NCBI GenBank assembly: GCA_964609415.1
Contig: CAZSSU010000002.1
Coordinates: 1 to 37,408 of the forward strand
Reading direction: 5' to 3'
From: an uncultured Christensenella sp.
Lineage (GTDB): Bacteria; Bacillota; Clostridia; Christensenellales; Aristaeellaceae
DNA length: 37,408 bases
The position numbers and the translations under genes were made by a program. Under the pieces are notes generated by a model. The model was not told where the DNA came from, ran no database searches, and worked only from the letters and a program-made list of their open reading frames with translations. Below, one piece after another: positions 8,198-14,754 of this stretch (the first letter of the stretch is position 1; each line of letters starts with the position of its first letter).

Positions 8198-9103
8198 ATG
8201 TCATTCCAGCAGGAAACCCCAAGGGCTGATCAGCGTCCCAAGACGGTGTTTATGAGCCTGAAAAACAAACTGGAGATGCCGGGGGTGGCGGCTTTGCTAG
8301 CGCCTTGTACCCGGCATCTGGATCAAAACCAGTTTGCCAGGATGCTGGGCGGGTGGAAGTCCCTGCGGCAGTATCATGTGTATGGCTTTGTGCGGATGGG
8401 GGCGGTGATCGCCATCATGGCGGTTGAGGAGCAGACGCCGGGGGCCGGCCGCCTTCTGGTGCTGTCGGTTGACCCACGGTTCAGGATGCGGGGAATGGGC
8501 AGGCGCCTGGTGGTGGAAACATTCTGCTCCCTGAAGCTGGACAGCCTGAGTGTTGAAACGGTGGAGGAAACGCTGGGCTTTTATCAGCGCAACCTTTTTG
8601 AGGTGGTGTCAAGCCGCGACGCTGGCCAGGGCATCTTGTTGTATGCCTGCCTGCTGACCCGGCAGAAGCTTTATGCGGGCTATGCTCATGAGTACTCCTC
8701 AGGCGCTGTGCTCTTTTGCCAGCAGGGGGAAGAACGCCTGTATGCCGTGGTGACGGAGCTATCCGGGAATGCCGGGCTGCCCAAGGGCCATGTGGAAGCG
8801 GGGGAGAGCAATGAGGAGGCGGCGCTGCGCGAAATCTATGAGGAGACGGGCATCCATGCCCGGATCGTGCCCGGCTTTGAAGGCGAGCTGGTCTACCCCC
8901 AAGGCCGGGGGATGTTAAAGCATTTTTATTATTTCCTGGCCTGCTTTGACCCGGAGCAGCGATTTATCACCGGTGACGTGGTGAAGGCGGAGCTTTTGCC
9001 CTATGACCAGGCGATGCAAAAGCTGTCTTTCATGGATGTGCGCCAGCTACTCAGGCGGGCGGAGGTGTTTTTAAACAGCGGCGCCTTTTCTGAGGGCTGC
9101 TGA
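8198..9103 (+). CDS. Fusion protein: N-terminal GNAT-like acetyltransferase domain plus C-terminal Nudix hydrolase domain
   Basis: GNAT motif-A-like VDPRFRMRGMGRRLV near aa 91-105. Nudix box GHVEAGESNEEAALREIYEETGI at aa ~197-219 (nt ~8786-8854). Confidence 0.8.
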   Translation: MSFQQETPRADQRPKTVFMSLKNKLEMPGVAALLAPCTRHLDQNQFARMLGGWKSLRQYHVYGFVRMGAVIAIMAVEEQTPGAGRLLVLSVDPRFRMRGMGRRLVVETFCSLKLDSLSVETVEETLGFYQRNLFEVVSSRDAGQGILLYACLLTRQKLYAGYAHEYSSGAVLFCQQGEERLYAVVTELSGNAGLPKGHVEAGESNEEAALREIYEETGIHARIVPGFEGELVYPQGRGMLKHFYYFLACFDPEQRFITGDVVKAELLPYDQAMQKLSFMDVRQLLRRAEVFLNSGAFSEGC

Positions 9104-9187
9104 GGCTCTGTTTTGAAGCGGAGAAATGCGTGTATAATCTTCCCGTGCCGTGATAACGGACACATGGGAGAGAGAAGGTAAAACAAC

Positions 9188-9478
9188 ATGACAGGCATTC
9201 TTCAGATTATTATTCAACTGGTCGCTGGCGCTCTGGGCGGCAACGCCGCTGGCAAAGCTGCGCCCAAACTGTCCCTGGGCACGCTGTGGAACAGCATCGC
9301 CGGTATCCTGGGCGGCGGCCTGGGTGGCCAGCTGCTGGGCGCGCTGGGCGTGGGCGGTGCTGCTGCCGCAGGCGGTGGCAGCATTGAAAGCATCATCGCC
9401 AGCGTCCTGGGCGGTGGCGTGGGCGGCGGCGCGCTGATGGCCATCATCGGCGCTGTCAAAAAGGCCATGGGCAAGTAA
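9188..9478 (+). CDS. Small glycine-zipper (GxxxG-rich) hydrophobic membrane protein
   Basis: 96 aa, Gly/Ala/Leu-rich (GILGGGLGGQLLGALGVGG, VLGGGVGGGALMAIIGAV). GAGAGAAGG RBS region upstream and a strong terminator directly downstream. The antisense ORFs here are compositional shadows. Confidence 0.6.
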   Translation: MTGILQIIIQLVAGALGGNAAGKAAPKLSLGTLWNSIAGILGGGLGGQLLGALGVGGAAAAGGGSIESIIASVLGGGVGGGALMAIIGAVKKAMGK

Positions 9479-9499
9479 AAAACTTAGTAGATCCAATGC

Positions 9500-9528
9500 A
9501 AAAGGGGCCGGATATCCGGCCCCTTTTG
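9500..9528. terminator. Bidirectional rho-independent terminator shared by the small Gly-rich gene and the cotH-like gene
   Basis: GGGGCCGG-ATAT-CCGGCCCC (9504-9523), flanked by AAAA on the left and TTTT on the right. Confidence 0.85.
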
Positions 9529-9544
9529 CGTGGCATATTAATCC

Positions 9545-12500
9545 TTACACCGCGTCTGCGGGGATCTCCGGTCTGGGGCCGAAGTAGGACTGCATCTGGG
9601 CATCAGAGAGGCTGAACCATTCCTTAACCTGATCCCAGCAGTAGGTGGGGCGCTTTTTAACCACGTTGCGCAGACGGTCCACGCGGATGTTCCAGTAACG
9701 CATGCAGCCGTCCACGGTCTGGGGCTGGTCAGAGGAGATGCTCTTGAGGTTCAGAGAAGCCCAGCGTTCATAATGCATGTTCATCTCCGGCTCTAGAATC
9801 TGGTAGCATTCCTCAATCTGGGCCAGCATCACAGGGGTGGTGAGGGCTCTGAAAATCTCCCCAAAGCGGCGGAGGAACTTATCCCGCATTTCCGGGCTTT
9901 CCATGAGTTTGACAATCAGGGTGTTGTTGATCTGGTTGCCCACGCCGGTGCCCTTGGGGTTGAGGATGTTGCGGATGCCGTTGGCCTGAGAACTGAACAG
10001 GCCATAGTCCATGTCATAGAGGATCCAGCGCCATTTTTCACCGGGCAGCTTGTAGTAGCGGATGTTACCGGTGTCGGTGTTGGCGAAGAAGGCCTCAAAG
10101 ATCATGTAGTCAAAGTAGTTATCCACATCGATGCGGTCAAGCAGGTATTGCAGGTCGTCAGGCTTGGTGCCCGGCGAGAGGGTTTTGGCGGTATTTATCA
10201 GCTCCCGGTATTCCTCATTGGTGCCCCAGTAGGACTTGGAGTTGCCTTCCAGGATGGTCATGTCATCCGCCCGTTCCATGGGGACGCCCTCATGCTGAGC
10301 TACGAAATAGCGGCTGACACGCTCCCTGAGGTTATACTGCCCCCAGTATTGGCCGTTGAGGTAAACAATCACCGGCTTCCAGGCCTGGTGGATGACGGTG
10401 GTATCAATCTTGTCCACCAGGCGCGACTGGACGCCATCCACCATGCGTGTCCATACGGCATCGTTGCCGCTGACACGCAGCACCAGGGATTTGTATTCCT
10501 CAAAAGGCCGGTCTTCAAAGATGGCCGCGTTAAAGAACTTGCTGCCATATTTTGCCCGGGCATTCACCTTAAAGGATTTTTGCGGCATGTCCAGGGAGTA
10601 TTGGCCAATCAGCGCGAAGGTGACCCCCTGGCTGAACACGACATCTGCGGTGTTTGAGTTGAACATCTCAGCATAGCCGGGCCGGTGCTCCTTGCCGTGG
10701 AGGCGGTAAACCGGGGTGGGGTTGGAGAAGGGGATCTTCTCATACTGCAAGAGGTTGATGCCATCACCCGTGGCGTACATGCCTGTTTTCCCGTCCCACA
10801 ATTCCACAGGGTCGGTGGTGAGGCAGACAACGGGCAATGAATAATAAGTTTTCATCACATAGGTGGCGGTGACGGTGGCGGAGGGCTGAAGCCCCTGGGC
10901 AAAGGCCCGGGCCCTGATGACTGTGGTGTCCTTCACCTCGATGGGGCCGGTGTAGTCCGTGCCCACACTCACCGTGGGGATGGCGCCATCCAGCGTGTAC
11001 CGGACCCGGGTGCCTTCGGGCACCTGAATGGATACGCTGATGTTCTGCTTGTAGAGCCCCCCTGCCTGGGAGAGGGCAGGGGCCTGGGTGAATCCGACAA
11101 AGCCAGGCCCATTGGCGGCGCCGGGAGACGGCGCGTCATAATAAAAAAAGCCCTCCTGTCCCAAGGTGCGCCCGTAGGAGATGTCAGTGGGGATTTCCGG
11201 GAGCACCAGCCGGTCTAAGACCCGGCCGGCGCTGTCAGACAGCGTGACCACCTCTCCCCCCGCGCGCTTGAGGGCGTGATTGGCGTGCAAGGTCGCCGCG
11301 TTGGAGCCGGGCTCCTGGGACTTATCCATCATGATGACCTTGTATTCCCCGGGCCAGATGCTGGTCCCCTGGGGGAACTGCCACTTGCGGGGCCAGCCGA
11401 TGTTGTCGGACAGCCCCCAGCCGCTGATGTCCTGCACCTGGGAAGAAGCGTTGTACACCTCCACCCAGTCGCTGATGGGCTGCCCCGCGGCCTGGACGAT
11501 GGTATCATTGCTGCTCATGGCTTCGGAAATATGGATGCCATAGGGATTGATGGCCTTGAGGTATCGCTCGGCCATGGAGAAGCCCACGGCGTTGTTGGGG
11601 GCGCCGGGGGTGGGAATGTTGAACACCTGCCAGGCGCTTGTCTCTTCATTGCGGCCAAAGCTTTGGTCCATGGCGACGTTGTCGTATTTCACCCGGTCAA
11701 GCAGCTGGCCCTGGCGGGTGGACAAGGTGACGGTTTCCCCTTCAGCGCTGAGGGAAAAATTGGTGTGGGGATAGCCGCCGGGGTTGGGCCGGTTTTTGCC
11801 GGAGCAGAACACCAGGTAGTAGCCCTTGGGCGGGATGACAGCACCTTCAGGGAAAAACCACTTGGTGGGGCGCTGCTCATTGTCGCTCAGGGCGATGTGG
11901 GTCAGGTCGATGGGGGTGTCGCCATTGTTTTTAAGCTCCACCCAGTCGCTCAGTTCATCATCCTCATCCCGGAGGCCGCTGCGGGGCGCCGGGCATAGTT
12001 CATTGATGACCAGGGTGCCGGTCTCAATGAAATAACTGCTCATGTAGGCGTCATAGCCGGCCTTGGAGTTAGGGTAGCCGGGGGAGAAGACCTCGCTTTT
12101 TAAAAAGCTGCCGTCCTCCTGGAGGGCATAGGTTTCATTGGCGTTGAGGGTGGGCACATCCTCCACTTTATCCAGCACAAAGCCTGAGGTGTCAAAGAGG
12201 TAGACGTTGCAAGTGATGCTGGACAGCTTGAATTTGGCATGGAAGGGCTTACCGGCTTCATTCTGGTTGGTGTCGTCGCAAAAGATGATCATCCGCTCCC
12301 CCGGGGCCATGTCAACCGCGGGGAACACAAAGCGCGCCCTGTCCGGGCGGTTGGAGGCGGTGATGCCTTCCAGGTTCATGGTTTTTCCCGATTGGTTCAC
12401 AATCTCAAACCAGTCGGGGAAATTGCCGTTTTCATCCGGCAGCGCTGAGGCGTTGTCGGACATGATCTCGCTGATCTTCAATCCGTCAAAAGCGCTGACC

Positions 12501-12664
12501 AGTTTGCCATCGACGGTGCTGATGTTCTGCGCCCGGTTAATGGGCTTGGTGGGGGACACGATCAAGAGGATGCCGATGACGGCCAGGCAAAAAATCAACA
12601 GCCCAAGGCGTTTCTCCCTGCGGCGGTTGCGCCTGGCTGGCTGGCTTGATGGGCGTGAACGCAT
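9545..12664 (-). CDS. Membrane-anchored multidomain CotH kinase-family protein: N-terminal TM anchor, three lamin-tail-like domains, a chitobiase/FN3-associated-like beta domain, and a C-terminal CotH domain
   Basis: 1039 aa with basic N-terminus and TM segment LGLLIFCLAVIGILLIVSP. Three repeats have the LTD pattern: ISEIMSDN...FPDWFEIVN...GERMIIFCD; INELCPAP...LSDWVELKN...GYYLVFCSG; ISEAMSSN...ISDWVEVYN...GEYKVIMMD. The C-terminal ~400 aa carry CotH-like motifs (LRVSGND, YLNGQYWGQYNLRERV, NYFDYMIFEAFFANTDTGNIRYYK, WRWILYDMDYG). Confidence 0.85.
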   Translation of the reverse strand: MRSRPSSQPARRNRRREKRLGLLIFCLAVIGILLIVSPTKPINRAQNISTVDGKLVSAFDGLKISEIMSDNASALPDENGNFPDWFEIVNQSGKTMNLEGITASNRPDRARFVFPAVDMAPGERMIIFCDDTNQNEAGKPFHAKFKLSSITCNVYLFDTSGFVLDKVEDVPTLNANETYALQEDGSFLKSEVFSPGYPNSKAGYDAYMSSYFIETGTLVINELCPAPRSGLRDEDDELSDWVELKNNGDTPIDLTHIALSDNEQRPTKWFFPEGAVIPPKGYYLVFCSGKNRPNPGGYPHTNFSLSAEGETVTLSTRQGQLLDRVKYDNVAMDQSFGRNEETSAWQVFNIPTPGAPNNAVGFSMAERYLKAINPYGIHISEAMSSNDTIVQAAGQPISDWVEVYNASSQVQDISGWGLSDNIGWPRKWQFPQGTSIWPGEYKVIMMDKSQEPGSNAATLHANHALKRAGGEVVTLSDSAGRVLDRLVLPEIPTDISYGRTLGQEGFFYYDAPSPGAANGPGFVGFTQAPALSQAGGLYKQNISVSIQVPEGTRVRYTLDGAIPTVSVGTDYTGPIEVKDTTVIRARAFAQGLQPSATVTATYVMKTYYSLPVVCLTTDPVELWDGKTGMYATGDGINLLQYEKIPFSNPTPVYRLHGKEHRPGYAEMFNSNTADVVFSQGVTFALIGQYSLDMPQKSFKVNARAKYGSKFFNAAIFEDRPFEEYKSLVLRVSGNDAVWTRMVDGVQSRLVDKIDTTVIHQAWKPVIVYLNGQYWGQYNLRERVSRYFVAQHEGVPMERADDMTILEGNSKSYWGTNEEYRELINTAKTLSPGTKPDDLQYLLDRIDVDNYFDYMIFEAFFANTDTGNIRYYKLPGEKWRWILYDMDYGLFSSQANGIRNILNPKGTGVGNQINNTLIVKLMESPEMRDKFLRRFGEIFRALTTPVMLAQIEECYQILEPEMNMHYERWASLNLKSISSDQPQTVDGCMRYWNIRVDRLRNVVKKRPTYCWDQVKEWFSLSDAQMQSYFGPRPEIPADAV

Positions 12665-12673
12665 GATGTCTCC

Positions 12674-12904
12674 TTAGTATTCTCTGAGGACAAACACGGT
12701 TTGTCCGGGGTTAAAGCCGGGCTCTATCCGAATCACCCGGGGGTGGTTTGAAAATTCATCCAGCAGCATATCCCGGATGGCGCTGCCATTGCGGTAACCG
12801 TGGATGACCTTCAGCCGGTAATCGGCGCTGGTGGCGCGCCTGAGGGCACTCATCACCGCGACGCGCGATTGGTGCAGGTTCATGCCGTGCAGGTCCAGTT
12901 CCAA
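12674..12904 (-). CDS. Stand-alone Smr (small MutS-related) domain protein, 76 aa
   Basis: ELDLHGM at the N-terminus (Smr LDLHG motif) and VIHGYRNGSAIRD (a variant of the HGxG motif). TTG start with AAGGA 8 nt upstream. The stop lies 9 nt before the cotH-like ATG. Confidence 0.7.
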   Translation of the reverse strand: MELDLHGMNLHQSRVAVMSALRRATSADYRLKVIHGYRNGSAIRDMLLDEFSNHPRVIRIEPGFNPGQTVFVLREY

Positions 12905-12933
12905 AGGCTTTCATCCTTTCCGGGCGTTGCCTC

Positions 12934-12962
12934 AGTATAGCGCATCAGGCTAATTGTATCAA
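12934..12962 (-). promoter_or_regulatory. Near-consensus sigma-A promoter (minus strand) upstream of the Smr gene
   Basis: Minus-strand reading: TTGATA (12962-12957), 17-nt spacer, TATACT (12939-12934), about 30 nt upstream of the TTG start. Adjacent is a perfect 7-1-7 palindrome TTAACAATTTGTTAA at 12967-12981. Confidence 0.55.
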
Positions 12963-12977
12963 GTTCTTAACAATTTG

Positions 12978-13820
12978 TTAACGGCTTTCCAGCGCTTCCA
13001 AAATGAAGGCCAGGTAATCCTTCACGATGTCAAACTGCCCCAGGGCATAGAGCATCCGGGTGCCCACCGCGTCCTCAATTTCGTTAAACAGCAATTGCCC
13101 TTTGTGGAAGATGAAGTCAACGCCGATCAGCCCGGGCTTAAGGAGCTGGGCGAAGGTCCGCGCAGTGTCCAGGATGCCCTGGCCAGGGTCAAAGGGCAGG
13201 GTGTCAGCGCCCAGGCCCATGTTACTGCGGAAGTCCACCTCAGACCGGCGCATCATGGCAGCCTTAATCTCCTGCCCCAGCATGTACACCCGTACATCGC
13301 GGCCCGGCGAGTCGCACAGGGGTTGCACCAGGGCCTCATCCGGCTGGATTTTTTGCAGGGCTTCCGTGTATGCGCTGTCATCCCTGGCTAGAAAAACCTG
13401 GCGGCCGCCGTTCCCATGCGCGGATTTCACCACTACCGGATAGGGAAAGGGGCAAACCATGTCCCCCGGGTTAATAAAGGCGGTGTCCATCATGGGGGCA
13501 ATGCCGGCAGCCAACTGGTGGGTGAGGCGCTTGTCGTTGCACAGGCGCGCTATCCTGGCGTTGTTGAACACCGGGATGCCCATTTTTTCAAGATGGACGG
13601 ATAGCAAAGGCGCATTGGCCCGCATGACCACACAGTCAGGACTCTTTTCATCGTGGGGATGCCAGAGCACAGGCTGGCTGTCCCGGATGCCGGGGAGAAT
13701 CGCGTCCAGCGTCACCACCTGAACCTGGATGCGCCGCTCCTGCCCTGCTTCAAGCCAGCGCTCAATAAAAAACTGGTTGCGCGCGATGTGCGCCCGGTCA
13801 TAAATCAGCCAGATCAGCAT
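12978..13820 (-). CDS. RimK-type ATP-grasp ligase paralogue 2
   Basis: 280 aa. ATP-grasp motifs YPVVVKSAHGNGGRQVFLA, VRVYMLGQEIKAAMMRR, DFRSNMGLG and GVDFIFHKGQLLFNEIE. The ATG lies 1 nt after the TAA of paralogue 1, with GGGAGG 6 nt upstream. Confidence 0.8.
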   Translation of the reverse strand: MLIWLIYDRAHIARNQFFIERWLEAGQERRIQVQVVTLDAILPGIRDSQPVLWHPHDEKSPDCVVMRANAPLLSVHLEKMGIPVFNNARIARLCNDKRLTHQLAAGIAPMMDTAFINPGDMVCPFPYPVVVKSAHGNGGRQVFLARDDSAYTEALQKIQPDEALVQPLCDSPGRDVRVYMLGQEIKAAMMRRSEVDFRSNMGLGADTLPFDPGQGILDTARTFAQLLKPGLIGVDFIFHKGQLLFNEIEDAVGTRMLYALGQFDIVKDYLAFILEALESR

Positions 13821-13821
13821 C

Positions 13822-14676
13822 TTAAGCCTCCCGGATCAGTTGGACGATGTGGGCAGCCGGGTTCACCCCAGTGGCTGCCTTTAGGCCCAGGAAGTGGGCA
13901 TTGGAGTTGACCTCACACACCAGGGGGCCATCCTTTGACATCAGCAGGTCCACCCCGGCGAAATCAGCCTGAACTGCCTCACAGGCGGCTACCGCCAGCG
14001 CCGCTTCTTCCGGGCTTGGGGCATAGGGGATGGCTTTGCCGCCGTTTTCCAGGTTGGCCCTGAAGTCCCCCTCTTCATTGATGCGGTGGATGGCGGCGAT
14101 GGCACGGCCGCCCACCACGTAGATACGCAGGTCTTCCCCGGTGCTTTCCCGGATGAAGGACTGAAACAGCAAGGGATTGGCCCCGGTTGCGGTGACAATG
14201 CGCCGCATGTCATCCAGCGTGTTTGCCAGATAAACCTGGCGGCCAAAGGAGCCATATCCTTCCTTAATCACCAGCGGGAAGCCCAGCTCCTGGGCGATGT
14301 CATTCAGAAAGCCCATATCCCCATAGCCAATGCCAGGGAAGGTGACCGGGCCCAGGATGGTCCGGGGCTGCGGCAGCCGTGCTTTTTCCAGCGCTAGGAA
14401 GGTGGCTGTTTTGTCATCACAGGCGGCGATGGCCCGGGCGCGGTTAAACAGCCGCATGCCTGCCTGCTCCATGGCTTGGGCCAGACGCACATCTTTGTCA
14501 AAAAAGAGTGCGGCGGGCGGTGGACAAGACAGGCTGTCCTCACGCAGAAAAGAGGCGTTGTGCCTCAGGGTGAGCCGCAGATTTGCGGCCTTCGCGGCAT
14601 CCAAAAAGGCTTTCTCTGTGGCGATAAACGATGGCGTCCGCAGGAACGCGTTAACAACCAGCCAGGCTTCTTTCAT
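13822..14676 (-). CDS. RimK-type ATP-grasp ligase paralogue 1
   Basis: 284 aa. Motifs FPLVIKEGYGSFGRQVYLA, LRIYVVGGRAIAAIHR, DFRANLENGG and GVDLLMSKDGPLVCEVNSN. Confidence 0.82.
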   Translation of the reverse strand: MKEAWLVVNAFLRTPSFIATEKAFLDAAKAANLRLTLRHNASFLREDSLSCPPPAALFFDKDVRLAQAMEQAGMRLFNRARAIAACDDKTATFLALEKARLPQPRTILGPVTFPGIGYGDMGFLNDIAQELGFPLVIKEGYGSFGRQVYLANTLDDMRRIVTATGANPLLFQSFIRESTGEDLRIYVVGGRAIAAIHRINEEGDFRANLENGGKAIPYAPSPEEAALAVAACEAVQADFAGVDLLMSKDGPLVCEVNSNAHFLGLKAATGVNPAAHIVQLIREA

Positions 14677-14725
14677 ATCATCCCTCCAGACGCATCATAA
14701 CATGGTATGGGTGGCTTGAATAGTG

Positions 14726-14734
14726 TGATATAAT
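14726..14734 (+). promoter_or_regulatory. Candidate extended -10 promoter for the serine hydrolase / mgtC-like pair
   Basis: TGATATAAT (TGn + TATAAT) about 20 nt upstream of ATG 14755. AAGGGG RBS. Confidence 0.4.
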
Positions 14735-14754
14735 CCCTCAAAAGGGGTGATTGA

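Noticed and set aside
9188-9478. Glycine-rich peptide as a class II bacteriocin
   Set aside because: No double-glycine leader, immunity gene, ABC exporter or second peptide gene is adjacent. At 96 aa, with hydrophobic segments throughout, it fits a membrane protein better.
12905-14754. Graspetide/microviridin-type RiPP cluster (two ATP-grasp ligases in tandem)
   Set aside because: No short precursor-peptide ORF with a Thr/Ser...Asp/Glu core is visible in the 78-nt and 73-nt flanking gaps. All small ORFs on the track here are antisense shadows. No GNAT, protease or ABC exporter gene is attached. A distant precursor cannot be excluded.
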